Of a stretch of DNA of 60,472 nt, positions 36,025 through 46,385 are shown piece by piece. Source of the DNA: a virus (Duplodnaviria; Caudoviricetes). The notes under the pieces are model-generated. The model made no database searches, was not told the DNA's origin, and saw only the letters and a list, made by a program, of their open reading frames with translations. The number at the start of each line of letters is the position of its first letter. The first letter of the stretch is position 1. Position numbers and translations under genes: made by a program. The stretch covers positions 1 to 60,472 of the IMG/VR virus record IMGVR_UViG_3300026519_000014; one strand, written 5' to 3'.

Positions 36025-36048
36025 ATGTTTTATTATTTATAAGGTTTA

Positions 36049-36711
36049 TTATTGATTTTCAAAGGGTACTTCTTCTATATTAGCTTTTTGTGGTTCTTCA
36101 CCAATAGGTTCTGTGTTAACCACTATTAAAGGATAAATCTCACAATTTTCCCTTCTTACACTTTTTATAACACCAGCTTCCTTTCCTTTAGCTACTACAT
36201 AAGGTAGATTATAAATACCATTATTTGAGCTTAATTTACGCTCTCTAACAAGCTTTAAATCTAAATAAGGTTCATCACCCATCTCTACACCTAAAACAAC
36301 ATCAAGATAGCTTAAAAGTGTTTTACCAGCACTTATGGAACCTTGAGACATTACAGAATGTACGGGTTTTCCATCTTTCATTCTATATTTTCCAAACAGC
36401 ATAGGTTTTCTGGCAGATGCTCTATTTACAGTAGCTATTGCTAAAAATCTAGGAGTGTCTTTTGGCAGCATTCCCCATAAAGCAGTATCTATAAGGTCAA
36501 AACCATTTTCTACTATATCAGAACCTTCTGATTGATATTCCAGATTAAATTCCTCTACTAGTTTTTCAGATGGGTAAATAGCCCCATCTGCAAATACTCT
36601 AATATCAGCTTCAGTAGGATTTTTTTCAACTTTACTACTTCCCATTTGCTGTTTAGGAATAACTTCAGATAATTCTATGTTATCTAAAAAACTAAAAAAA
36701 CTTTCATTCAT
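36049..36711 (-). CDS. Hypothetical replication-module protein
   Basis: 220-aa ORF with an acidic EEVPF tail. Confidence 0.65.
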   Translation of the reverse strand: MNESFFSFLDNIELSEVIPKQQMGSSKVEKNPTEADIRVFADGAIYPSEKLVEEFNLEYQSEGSDIVENGFDLIDTALWGMLPKDTPRFLAIATVNRASARKPMLFGKYRMKDGKPVHSVMSQGSISAGKTLLSYLDVVLGVEMGDEPYLDLKLVRERKLSSNNGIYNLPYVVAKGKEAGVIKSVRRENCEIYPLIVVNTEPIGEEPQKANIEEVPFENQ

Positions 36712-36775
36712 AATAATTTGTTTTTAAAATTATACTTTAATGGTTGTCCACTCTGAACAACCAATCTTAAAAATT

Positions 36776-37489
36776 TTATTGCTGAGTAGGTGTTTTAAGC
36801 GGTGTAGGATTTTCAGACAATGTAGAATTTTCATATAATTTTATAGTTTTTATAACTTCAGCAATGTCATTAGGTATATATAAATCTTTAAATAAATTCA
36901 TAGGGGTTTTAGCTTCTTTATTGTTAGCAAAATTAGTTTGAAAAACATATTCTCTTTTTTCATCTTTTTCTAATACTACACTATGTAAAACATAAGTAAA
37001 ATAGGATACCGGTTTTATTTCTCTATCTACAAGATTTCCTGAAGAAGCAAAGCCCTCTACACTATCCTCTCCTACCTGTGTATGATGAATAATCACTACA
37101 GCATCTAGTTCTCTGAGTTCTTCTGTAGCTTGTTTAATAATAGCATGAATATCCATTGCATAAACTCCCCATCTTCCCCATTTATCTCCTGCATTTTGAA
37201 AAGCAGAAGACATGGTTCTTGCAGAGAAAAAGTGACTTAAGTCTTCTACTACTATTGTTTTAGTATTTGGTCTTTCTTGTGGAATTTTTTCCAATATGAC
37301 CTTTAATTGGGTTAAACTACTGGTAATAAACCTGTTTTTCCCTTCTATATACATAGAACTGCTTCCTGGAAAAGGAATAGGTTTAGTATTTGGAGTAATT
37401 AAAACTGTTGTTTTTGGGTCTAAATTTCTTAGACTTGTGCTTTTACCTGTAGAAGGTCTTCCAAGCACCAGGATTCCTGATACACTCAT
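36776..37489 (-). CDS. AAA_24/Sak4-like P-loop ATPase
   Basis: Walker A GRPSTGKSTS, Walker B IVVED, AKTPMNLF. Confidence 0.85.
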   Translation of the reverse strand: MSVSGILVLGRPSTGKSTSLRNLDPKTTVLITPNTKPIPFPGSSSMYIEGKNRFITSSLTQLKVILEKIPQERPNTKTIVVEDLSHFFSARTMSSAFQNAGDKWGRWGVYAMDIHAIIKQATEELRELDAVVIIHHTQVGEDSVEGFASSGNLVDREIKPVSYFTYVLHSVVLEKDEKREYVFQTNFANNKEAKTPMNLFKDLYIPNDIAEVIKTIKLYENSTLSENPTPLKTPTQQ

Positions 37490-37512
37490 AATTTATTTGT
37501 TTTTAATTATAC

Positions 37513-37710
37513 TTACTTAATTATTTTTTCCAGTTTGTTTTTAAAGTAATCTTGAATAAAAGGCAAACATATAGTAATGCCTAACCTTACCCCCTTACTA
37601 AATGCTGTAGAGGGAGTTACCAAATAACCACTATCTCCTCTTTTATCATATTTTAGAGCCTCCTTTACTAATTCTTTTTTATCAGGAATTTGTTTTTCTT
37701 TAAGTTCCAT
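37513..37710 (-). CDS. Small hypothetical protein
   Basis: 65-aa ORF within the operon. Confidence 0.55.
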   Translation of the reverse strand: MELKEKQIPDKKELVKEALKYDKRGDSGYLVTPSTAFSKGVRLGITICLPFIQDYFKNKLEKIIK

Positions 37711-38794
37711 CTTCTACAATATTTTGAATTATATTTAAATTAGTATAAGGCTCATAACCAGAAACTTCTAATATTTTAGGTGTTGGTAATTCTTTAAAAA
37801 CGCCTACTTCACCTATAAAATTTAATCCTAATCCCACATCTGCTTCCCCATCTCTATTTTTAAGTACAGATAAATATCTATATCTATCTAAAAATTTGGT
37901 AATGTCGTAACCTCTGTGTTCTTCAAAATCATACCTTGCCGGAGAAAAAAGAGAAAAAACAATATTAGCATCTTCTTGAGTATTGGCAGTTTGTTTTAAA
38001 TCACTAAGTTGAGGTTCTACTCTTTTTAATTTAAACCTGTCTGTAGAAGACATAGCTCTGGATATTTGTTGTACCATTACTGGAGTATAACCATAACTAT
38101 TTCTTAATCTGACCATATACTCAGACATTTTATCAATAGTTTGCTTACTGTCAAACCCTCTTTCTTTTCTCAATAGCCCTACATGATCTATAATAATAAT
38201 TATATATTCATTAGGATTATTAGGAATATATTTATCAAAGGCTTTTTTCTCTACTCCATTTCTATCTGTATAAGTTTTATAGATAATTTCTCCATTTTTT
38301 CTTGCGTAATCTACCATTGTATGATAAATTCCTGTTGGGTTTTCTGGAGGATAGATATAAAAAATATCTTCTAATTCTTCATAAAAGTAAGATAATCCCA
38401 TAGCATCTTTATACACTTCTTCAGTGATTCTATTTTTACCTTTACTCAAAACAAAATTTATATCTACTATATAGTTGTATTTAAAATACAATTTTCTACA
38501 TACTGCTTTAGTTATAATATCTATTATAGGTATTTCCAAAGCCCACATAAATACTTTAAAAGTTAAATTATTAGGGTTATTTGCTCTTAATAAACTAAAA
38601 GGATTATATAAAAAAGAATTTAAAGCAAAGCTGCTTTTTCCTCCACCTGGCTCTCCTGCTACTAAATAATAAGTTCTTTGTTGAATATTAGGAACTATAT
38701 TTATTAGCTTATCTAAATTTCCCATTGGTAAGCCAGTATTTAAACCTTGTTTGCCTCTTTCAATGGCTTTTTGTAATTCTGAAAAATACCCCAT
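37700..38794 (-). CDS. DnaB-like (SF4) replicative helicase
   Basis: GEPGGGKSS, IIIDHVGLL, VQQISR, PQLSDLKQT...QEDAN, LKNRDGE. Confidence 0.9.
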   Translation of the reverse strand: MGYFSELQKAIERGKQGLNTGLPMGNLDKLINIVPNIQQRTYYLVAGEPGGGKSSFALNSFLYNPFSLLRANNPNNLTFKVFMWALEIPIIDIITKAVCRKLYFKYNYIVDINFVLSKGKNRITEEVYKDAMGLSYFYEELEDIFYIYPPENPTGIYHTMVDYARKNGEIIYKTYTDRNGVEKKAFDKYIPNNPNEYIIIIIDHVGLLRKERGFDSKQTIDKMSEYMVRLRNSYGYTPVMVQQISRAMSSTDRFKLKRVEPQLSDLKQTANTQEDANIVFSLFSPARYDFEEHRGYDITKFLDRYRYLSVLKNRDGEADVGLGLNFIGEVGVFKELPTPKILEVSGYEPYTNLNIIQNIVEDGT

Positions 38795-39246
38795 TAGTTT
38801 AAATCTCTAATTAAGTTGTCTTTATCTGGAATACTTAAATTACCTTCTATTAAAAGATCACAAAGGCTTTCTAATTCTGAACTACCATTTTTAGAAATAA
38901 AATAATCTGCTGAAATAGTAAATTGCCAATTATTTTGCTTAGCTTTTTTGAGATAAATATCAGTAGCTTCTAAAATAATTTTATAAGGAATGTCTTTTCT
39001 TTTATTAACAAAGGCTTTCATTTTAGCTTTTAAGCTATTTACTGATCTTCTTATTAATCTATTTCCAGAAGTGATTTTTTTAGGCCACAAGTCTGCATAT
39101 TGTTGTAATAAATTTTCAAAGTTTTCATCAATTTTAGAAGTTTTATAGTTTTTAGGATAGTACTCTTTAGCTAAAACTATAGTTCCTTGTTTCTCCATAA
39201 GAACTTTTTCTTTTAAAAAAAGTTCTATAACTTCTTTCCTTGTCAT
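38794..39246 (-). CDS. Replication protein upstream of the helicase (possible loader/initiator-like)
   Basis: YADLWPKK...ILEATDIYL...ADYFISK; overlaps the helicase start. Confidence 0.5.
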   Translation of the reverse strand: MTRKEVIELFLKEKVLMEKQGTIVLAKEYYPKNYKTSKIDENFENLLQQYADLWPKKITSGNRLIRRSVNSLKAKMKAFVNKRKDIPYKIILEATDIYLKKAKQNNWQFTISADYFISKNGSSELESLCDLLIEGNLSIPDKDNLIRDLN

Positions 39247-39267
39247 GATAATTTCTTTTTCTTGGTC

Positions 39268-39298
39268 AAAAAAGCCTTCTGGGTTATCCAGAAGGCTA
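39268..39298 (-). terminator. Intrinsic terminator
   Basis: AGCCTTCTGG-ataac-CCAGAAGGCT-TTTTT on the minus strand. Confidence 0.75.
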
Positions 39299-39320
39299 TA
39301 AAATTGTTTTCATACTTACT

Positions 39321-39437
39321 TTAAGCTGCGATAAATAAGGCCATAACCATAGATATTACACTAGCAGCAAATGCTGTAATAAATATCAATATAAACGGCC
39401 ATAAACTCACTTTTTCAGCTTCTTTTACATATCTCAT
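39321..39437 (-). CDS. 38-aa single-pass membrane peptide
   Basis: MRYVKEAEKVSLWPFILIFITAFAASVISMVMALFIAA. Confidence 0.5.
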   Translation of the reverse strand: MRYVKEAEKVSLWPFILIFITAFAASVISMVMALFIAA

Positions 39438-39622
39438 ATAGAAATATTTGGTAAGACATAAAGGAGAATTTCAACTCCTATTTATATTTTGAAAATAATA
39501 TCTAAGTTACTGTAATCTTTTTAAAGTAGGAAGATAAAACACAATTTGTTTTACATCATTACATATATCACACCAACCTTGATATAAAGGTAAATTATCA
39601 GGTAAATCTTTTCCCCAACAAT

Positions 39623-40738
39623 TTAAGCAGTAGTATTTTGCTTCTTTTTTTCTTCCCATTTTTTTATAAGTAAATTCTTGAAATTTGCTGTGGTATTTCT
39701 CATCCACACTTCTTCCTGGGTATTTTCAGCTACTAAAACAACAGCAACAGCTTTCTTATCAGGGTTATTAGGGTCTTTACGAAGACTTCTGCCAAGTACC
39801 TGTATAAGGTTCCTTTCTTTAGCATCAACTCCAAGTTTTAATAAACTATCACAAGGAGCATTAATTCCTTCTATTAGTTTGCCCACAGAAGATAATACAT
39901 TAAAGTTACCTTTTCTATAATTCTCTAATAGTTCTTTATCAGATTTACTATGATAGCTATATTTACAAAGCCTATCACTTTGTTTAATATTGGCAGCAAA
40001 TACTAAATTTCTTTTATCTTTAGGAAATCTTTTTATTATTTCTTTAGCTACTATTTCTTTGCTTGGTAAACCCGCTAATAATTGTTTCCTCCAAATAGAT
40101 AAAAAGCTAACTTTATTCCAATCCATATTTCTTTTAGCAATATTTATACTAGAAGTTAACCACTCATAAGCTTTAGTTTCAGAAATAGGATATTTAAATC
40201 TTGGTAAATCCGCTCTTTTTTCAGTACCTAATGGTATAGTATAAACTATCATTTGATAGTCTACAATAAATCCTGCTTTAACTGCTTGGTCTGTATTAAA
40301 ATTAACATAGTGTTCTGCCCTAAGTCCTAACTCCCTTAAAATTTCCCTTTTATCCTTTGCTATAGTAGCTGATAGAGCTATTATTTTAGTTTCTGGAGTA
40401 AGGTATGCCTTAAGATAAGAAAGTCTGTTATATGTTATCCTATGAGCTTCATCCATCACATAATCTATCCCATGTTTCATATTTTTATGTAAACTTTGGT
40501 AGCAATATATTTTTAGGTAAGGAAGAAGATGTTGCATTTTCCATCTTTCAATTTCATCTTTCCACCCTTTAGCTATATCTGTAGTTGGAGTAAGAATATG
40601 GGTTTCTTTAGTAGTATCTTTTATTAAGTTTAAGGTTATTTGTGTTTTACCACTACCTGTTGCCGCTTGGATTACTACTTTTCCTTCTTTTTTATAAATT
40701 TTCTTAATCTTTTCAAATAATTTTTTTCTTTCTTCCAT
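39623..40738 (-). CDS. Superfamily 2 (DEAH) helicase
   Basis: AATGSGKT, MDEAHR, LSAT, LIEGIN, QVLGRSLR. Confidence 0.9.
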   Translation of the reverse strand: MEERKKLFEKIKKIYKKEGKVVIQAATGSGKTQITLNLIKDTTKETHILTPTTDIAKGWKDEIERWKMQHLLPYLKIYCYQSLHKNMKHGIDYVMDEAHRITYNRLSYLKAYLTPETKIIALSATIAKDKREILRELGLRAEHYVNFNTDQAVKAGFIVDYQMIVYTIPLGTEKRADLPRFKYPISETKAYEWLTSSINIAKRNMDWNKVSFLSIWRKQLLAGLPSKEIVAKEIIKRFPKDKRNLVFAANIKQSDRLCKYSYHSKSDKELLENYRKGNFNVLSSVGKLIEGINAPCDSLLKLGVDAKERNLIQVLGRSLRKDPNNPDKKAVAVVLVAENTQEEVWMRNTTANFKNLLIKKWEEKKKQNTTA

Positions 40739-40881
40739 AATTTTATTAATCTTACATCGCTTTAGAATTTATTCATAATTTTTGTTTTGTTACTTAATTA
40801 GATGTAGATTAGCCTTGGATTGATTTTCAAGGCTAATTTTTTGTTTTATAAACAGCTTTTCTTTTTTACTTATAGCCTTTA

Positions 40882-41121
40882 TTATGCTCTAGTTAAAATA
40901 TCCATAAGTTGCTTACTCATAGAAAGTATAGAATTATAAACTCTGCCAGTACCTTCAGGTTTAAGCTTTTCCAGCTTTTTAAACTCATCAATAGACCCTT
41001 TAAAAGCTGTTTCATCTTCTCTTATTACCTGGATAGTTTGGGTAGTTAAATCTATACTTGTAGCCCAATTTTCTTCTTCAAGAAATGTACTAAATCTAAT
41101 AGTATTCTTAAGTTTGTCCAT
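40882..41121 (-). CDS. Hypothetical protein
   Basis: Part of a tightly packed minus-strand operon. Confidence 0.65.
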   Translation of the reverse strand: MDKLKNTIRFSTFLEEENWATSIDLTTQTIQVIREDETAFKGSIDEFKKLEKLKPEGTGRVYNSILSMSKQLMDILTRA

Positions 41122-41434
41122 CTTTTTTTATTTTATAACAATTATCATCTATAATTTCTCTTACTTTAATAGCTTCGTCATCAAAATTATATATAATTTT
41201 CCATTCATCTTCCGGCATAAGATATTCTGCTTCACTAATAGCAGCATTTTCTTTTTTACTCATAGGTTCAGCGGTATTTAAAAGATACTCTACAGGTGAA
41301 TCATTGTTTTCACCTTTTAAAACTTTCTTTTTGGCTTCTTCTATGTTATCGGCTTCTATTTCTATAGTGTATCTTCTCCAGATAGTACATTTTTCATCTA
41401 ATATAATATTAAATTTATCCATTTTAATCAACAC
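41108..41434 (-). CDS. Hypothetical protein
   Basis: IEIEADNIEEAKKKV small phage-domain pattern. Confidence 0.65.
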   Translation of the reverse strand: MLIKMDKFNIILDEKCTIWRRYTIEIEADNIEEAKKKVLKGENNDSPVEYLLNTAEPMSKKENAAISEAEYLMPEDEWKIIYNFDDEAIKVREIIDDNCYKIKKDGQT

Positions 41435-41792
41435 TTATTAGTTGAAACCATACAAAATCTTCTTTAACAATAGGATCAGAAAAATTATATTTTCCTTTTG
41501 GTATGTGCATTAAAGTTAAAGAAGCCACATAGTGAATAGCACTTTTTTTAGGTTTTTTTACTGAATAGCCATATAGCCCTTTTCCCAAAGGTCTTTTAGC
41601 TATAAAATTACTGTTTCCTACTTTACCAAAAATAACATAATTTCCTTCTTTTATGTTTAATTTTTTAAGTGCTTCTGCACTAAAAGCCACTCTTCCCTTT
41701 CTTCCTACAGCTATCATAGAACCCATAGTTTTTTGGATTTGGCTATCTATTATTTCAATGTTTAACTCTTCAATATTTAGTAATTCACTCAT
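41424..41792 (-). CDS. Hypothetical protein, possible AbrB-like swapped-hairpin fold
   Basis: VGRKGRVAFSAEALKKLNIKEGNYVIF. Confidence 0.5.
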   Translation of the reverse strand: MSELLNIEELNIEIIDSQIQKTMGSMIAVGRKGRVAFSAEALKKLNIKEGNYVIFGKVGNSNFIAKRPLGKGLYGYSVKKPKKSAIHYVASLTLMHIPKGKYNFSDPIVKEDFVWFQLISVD

Positions 41793-41945
41793 TTTTTTTA
41801 TTTTTAAGCTCTGAATAATTTTAGACCATTTTTTATTTGTTTTACTCTACTTCTTTTAGGTTGTAAATCAGAAGCTACGGTTTTTTTCATTTTTACTTTA
41901 GGTTCTTCTATCTCTACTTTAATAGCTTCTTTTATATCTTGTAAA

Positions 41946-43688
41946 TCAGTTAGTTTTTTCATTTTTCTTGGGTTTTATTGTATCAATATTTCTTCTTATA
42001 TGCCATTTTAGAATTTCCTCTAAAAATATTTTTTGCCGTTCATACTCTTTTCCAATCTCAAGTAACATATCTTTTAACTGTTTTGATGCTTCAGTATTTT
42101 TTGCAATAGCTGTAATGGCTCCAAATTTTTCTCCTAGAAGTCCGATTTGCTTTATTATTTTTTCTTCCATTGTTTTTAATATTTTGCATGTTCTTGACAA
42201 AATGTGCCTTTTGATGTTGTTATTATTATAGAAGGATAATGTCCACAGACATCACAGGAAACTCTATAATGTTTAATATCTTTTAGTCCTTTTATATTAG
42301 TAATAAGTTTAGCTTTTTCCTTAATACATTTATTCAATTCTTCTTTTAACTCAAGATAAAGTTTATGTAAATGTTTATTTTCTTTAATAAGAGTATCAAA
42401 CACCTCTATATGAGCTCCATATTCACCCCATTTAGTAACAATGTCTTTTCTCAAGGCATCTTCATTAAATACTCTTGCTTTTCTCTCTTTTAACTTTTTA
42501 TTTTCTTTTTCTAATTTTTCAATTCTAGTTAAAAGACTTTCTATATGGTTTATATACCTTTTAATCCATTTCTTAATTGTGGAAAGCCAATTATGTTTAC
42601 ATTTATTCATATCTTTTCTAGTTTAAATGTACAGGTATCAATTTTTACCCAACCTAATCTGGTAGTCTGGATAAGAATACCTAAACTAAAGGTTTTCTTT
42701 ATGTCCCAAACTTCTTCATAAACAGGTCTTTTTCTTCTATCTTCAGTTGATTTAACCATTAATTTAAGATTAAGAAACTCTTCTAGGATATATCTAAGTA
42801 CATTAAATGGATAAACTTTTATATAGTCTTCAAAATCAGATAATTCCATTATGATATACCTTTTCTTTTCATATATTCAATTAATCCAGCAGTTAAAGCT
42901 GGTATATTTTTATCACTTAGGCCAATAATAGTAAACTTAGCCCCTAATCTACTTTTAAATTCAGTAGTAGGTTCTTCAGGATTTTCTCCTTCGTGCATCA
43001 TCCTGGCAAAATTTAAAACACATATATCACTACCTTCTTCCCATTTAATAGTAAGTTTTACATTCTTTTTGGGTTTAGTAGTTAAACTATGTATTAATAC
43101 TTTATCATCTTTAGTCATCTTCTTCTAGTTATCTGAATATATAGTACTGAATATAATGCAATAAGAGATATATCAATCAGGGTTGCTTCCGTTAATGGTG
43201 TTCTTCCCCATTCATTTATCTCTTCCTTATAGGAAAATAAAGTACCTATTATTATAAGTGCTATTATGACACTAAATAGCCATTTCCATTTTTCTATAAA
43301 TCTAATCATCTTTAATTTGTTTAAGTCCATATTGTAGTCCAGCTTCTAAGGCTTTTTCATAGGTGTTATGATAAATTCCCCATTCTTTCTTACCTTCTTT
43401 TACATCTGTATTGTTGACCCAAACTACTTGTTCAATAATTAATTTAGGCATAACATATATCCAAATTTCATGTCTTTCCCTTAACCAGCGTTGTAAAAGG
43501 CTTTGTGAAGCTGCAGTTATAGCGCCTTTTCTGTAAGCAAAGCTTAATCTTGAATTTCTATAAGTAATAGAAAGTTCATGAGGTTCATGAAAATCATTAT
43601 CTGGATAGTATATTGATAAACATTCTTCATCAAAGCCTTTTTCTTTAGCTAAAACTGCTGTTTCAAATGTTATAAGTTCTTCAGTCAT
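41946..43688 (-). CDS. Run of six small hypothetical genes (41946-42200, 42176-42610, 42607-42849, 42849-43118, 43115-43330 membrane, 43302-43688)
   Basis: Overlapping start/stop codons on one strand; 43302-43688 has the ITFETAVLAKEKGF...QSLLQRWLRE pattern common in Bacteroidota phages. Confidence 0.65.
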
Positions 43689-43840
43689 AATTTTGTTTTT
43701 AAATATTCAATTAAATATTTAGCATAATCTGGAATAAATGGAGCACCTTCAAAAACAAATACTTCTTTATCTTTATTCTTTTTATACACTTTTTCAAAAG
43801 CATTTAATTTCTCTTTAGTCCATTCTATTTCTTCTGTCAT
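43685..43840 (-). CDS. 51-aa hypothetical protein not in the ORF track
   Basis: MTEEIEWTKEKLNAF...YAKYLIEYLKTKL fills the gap after PolA. Confidence 0.6.
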   Translation of the reverse strand: MTEEIEWTKEKLNAFEKVYKKNKDKEVFVFEGAPFIPDYAKYLIEYLKTKL

Positions 43841-43842
43841 AA

Positions 43843-45969
43843 TTATTTAGTCCAATAAGGTTGTACATCTACATCTGCTTTTAATTCTAAAAAACCATCC
43901 ATATATTTAGCTGCTACTCTTTCCATAAGTTCTCTTGCTCTTTCTGGAAACCAAGTAAGTTCAGTTTTAAACATAAAAACAATTTCATCATGTATTGTTA
44001 ACATTATAAAAGCATCTATTTTATATAAATTAATCCATTTATCAACAGTTACAATAGCTTCCATAACCATATCTGCTTGGGAAGATTGTATTTTTGTATT
44101 TCTGGCTTGACTTTCAGTATCCCTTTTAACCATAAAAGAAGGTTCCCTGTGTGCTTTGTTGGCTGCTAAAATATCAGGAAACCATCTTCTGCTATTAGTT
44201 CTGGTATTATTTATAATGTAGCCTTTACTAAGAGCAAATTTTGAAGCGGTTTCTACCATAGATATGGTTTTGGGTATTTCAGAAGTAATAGTTTTAATAG
44301 CTATTCCCCCTTCTTTACTTGTTATATTAAGGGTTTGAGCAGCTTTCTTATCTCTAAGACCATATACTACACCAAATAACATAGGTTTATAGGCAGTTCT
44401 TTTTTCTTTATGGTTAGATTTAGAGATAATATCTTCCTCTTTCCAGTCTAATCCTCTGTTATTATAAATAGCTTTCCATCCTTTATTAGCAAAATAACTA
44501 TGCATATCTTGTTTAGATAATTCTATTAATCTATCATCTTTAGCAAGAGCTGCCATAAAACATAATTCAGCTCCAGCATAATCTATAGTTGCAATAGAAT
44601 AACCTTCATCTGCTAAAAAACAATGTCTAAAAGTATTGTTTGCAGGTATTTGTTGGCTATTGTATAATCCTTCTTTAGCATTGCCGGAAGTCAGTCTTCC
44701 TGTAGCTGCGTTTTGTCTATAAGAAGTATGTACTCTATTTGTTATTGAATTAAGGTATTTTTCTACCCAGTTTTTACCAAAAGAATTAACTAAATGCAGT
44801 TTATTCTTAAACTCATGAAATAGTTGCATAAGCTCTTCCCATTTATGCCCTTTATTTTCAAGTAGCCAACTATCTCTTGCAGCATGACTTACAGAGGGTT
44901 GTATAAGGTGTGTAGTAGAAGATTTAGCTTGTGGTAAAGGGTCTATTCCTAATTGAGTAAAGGTCTCTAATACTTGCTTAGAACTACTCCAATTAATGCC
45001 TATATTGTTATCAAAAGAAATAAGATTATAGTTTACTAATTCTGTTTCAGCTTTTTTTAAAAGATTTAGATTAGTTTGGTAAGACTTAAGATGAGTTTTA
45101 CCCATAGTTTCTTGTATGGAGATAGTTTTTTTTAGCTTTTTTATTCTTTCCTCACTTCTTTTAATTCCTTTATCTTTTTTTTCTTTTTCTTTAGCAAAAT
45201 CAGCATTGATTTCTTGCCAATTTACTATTGGCATCACTATGTTATTTAGTTTTTGTATAAGTTGTTTACATTCTTCTTCTATTTTAGAAGCATTTTCTAA
45301 CCACTTATCAGCATCTAACTTAAATCCTTTTAGTTTTATTTTGGCTAAAATTAAACTTAAGGGGTTATGAATACTTTTAATAAAGAAATTAAGTTTAAAA
45401 GTGTTTATATTTTGTTGTTGTTTTTCTTTTAAAGCAGGAAGGGCTAAAACATCTGCTGCTGAATAAATAATATGTTGTTCCTGAAGTTGAAAATCTTCTT
45501 GGGTAAAATCTATTCTTAAATTTTTATCCATGCCTTCTGGCAGAGGAATATCTCTCCTTTCTAAGGTATGTTTTAAAGCTGTAGAATAATTACTTCCTTG
45601 AAGTAGCTTAGCTTCAGTTACCATTGTATCCCAGGTTCTTTTAATATAGATTTCTTTTAATGCTAAAAAGCTATATTCAAATTGAGAATTATGGCATATT
45701 ATTAGTTTTTTATCTAGATTAAGCTCTTTTAAAATAGCTATGTCTATTGATTGTAGATCAATAACTAAAACCCAGTTATAGAGAGGGTTATAAAGAGAGA
45801 TAAGTAGTATTTTACCTGTCCAGGGATTTAGTGAAGTAGTTTCAATATCCAGATAAATTTCATCTACTTTATTAAAAGCAGCAATAGCATAGTGTATATT
45901 TTTTAAACCTAAGATATTTACTTTATTGAATGTTAAATTCTTTCTTTCTGTAATAAATATATAATTCAT
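43843..45969 (-). CDS. polA: Family A DNA polymerase with a 3'-5' exonuclease domain
   Basis: Exo motifs DIET, HNSQFE, YSAADV; ATGRLTS; motif A DYAGAEL; motif B RTAYKPMLFGVVYG; motif C IHDE. Confidence 0.95.
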   Translation of the reverse strand: MNYIFITERKNLTFNKVNILGLKNIHYAIAAFNKVDEIYLDIETTSLNPWTGKILLISLYNPLYNWVLVIDLQSIDIAILKELNLDKKLIICHNSQFEYSFLALKEIYIKRTWDTMVTEAKLLQGSNYSTALKHTLERRDIPLPEGMDKNLRIDFTQEDFQLQEQHIIYSAADVLALPALKEKQQQNINTFKLNFFIKSIHNPLSLILAKIKLKGFKLDADKWLENASKIEEECKQLIQKLNNIVMPIVNWQEINADFAKEKEKKDKGIKRSEERIKKLKKTISIQETMGKTHLKSYQTNLNLLKKAETELVNYNLISFDNNIGINWSSSKQVLETFTQLGIDPLPQAKSSTTHLIQPSVSHAARDSWLLENKGHKWEELMQLFHEFKNKLHLVNSFGKNWVEKYLNSITNRVHTSYRQNAATGRLTSGNAKEGLYNSQQIPANNTFRHCFLADEGYSIATIDYAGAELCFMAALAKDDRLIELSKQDMHSYFANKGWKAIYNNRGLDWKEEDIISKSNHKEKRTAYKPMLFGVVYGLRDKKAAQTLNITSKEGGIAIKTITSEIPKTISMVETASKFALSKGYIINNTRTNSRRWFPDILAANKAHREPSFMVKRDTESQARNTKIQSSQADMVMEAIVTVDKWINLYKIDAFIMLTIHDEIVFMFKTELTWFPERARELMERVAAKYMDGFLELKADVDVQPYWTK

Positions 45970-46039
45970 TTCAAATGGTTTAAAAGTAGATAAAATAGGA
46001 AATAAGCGTTATCCCTTATCTCCCTAAACTATGGAAATA

Positions 46040-46324
46040 TTATAATTCTAATTTAAGAATTGATAATTTAGTAATAATATCAGACAACATTTTCATTTTA
46101 ATTTTATTTGTCTGTAAGTTTTCTTTTCTAAAACTATCTACTGCTGTTTGAAAAGCTTCAGGATAAGTTTTTTTAAGCAGTTTAATTGTCATAGGTAAAG
46201 GTTCATCATCTCCTGCAAATATCTTTTCTATTTTTTTCTGGTTTTTTCTAAAGATTTCAAATTCTTCTTGAAGTATTTCAATAATATAATTTATTTCTTT
46301 TTCTGTTAGTTTTTCTTCTTGCAT
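46040..46324 (-). CDS. Hypothetical protein
   Basis: Likely start MQEEK; the longer start in the track runs through a terminator. Confidence 0.65.
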   Translation of the reverse strand: MQEEKLTEKEINYIIEILQEEFEIFRKNQKKIEKIFAGDDEPLPMTIKLLKKTYPEAFQTAVDSFRKENLQTNKIKMKMLSDIITKLSILKLEL

Positions 46325-46349
46325 AGTTATAAAATTATAAAATTTAATT

Positions 46350-46385
46350 AAAAAGCCCCCCAGAAAGCTATTCCTGGAGGGCTTT
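46350..46385 (-). terminator. Intrinsic terminator
   Basis: AAAGCCCTCCAGGA-atagct-TTCTGGGGGGCTTT-TT on the minus strand. Confidence 0.8.

Noticed and set aside
39460-39482. tRNA T-arm-like hairpin GGAG...CTCC
   Set aside because: No cloverleaf around it; I found no tRNA gene in the window.
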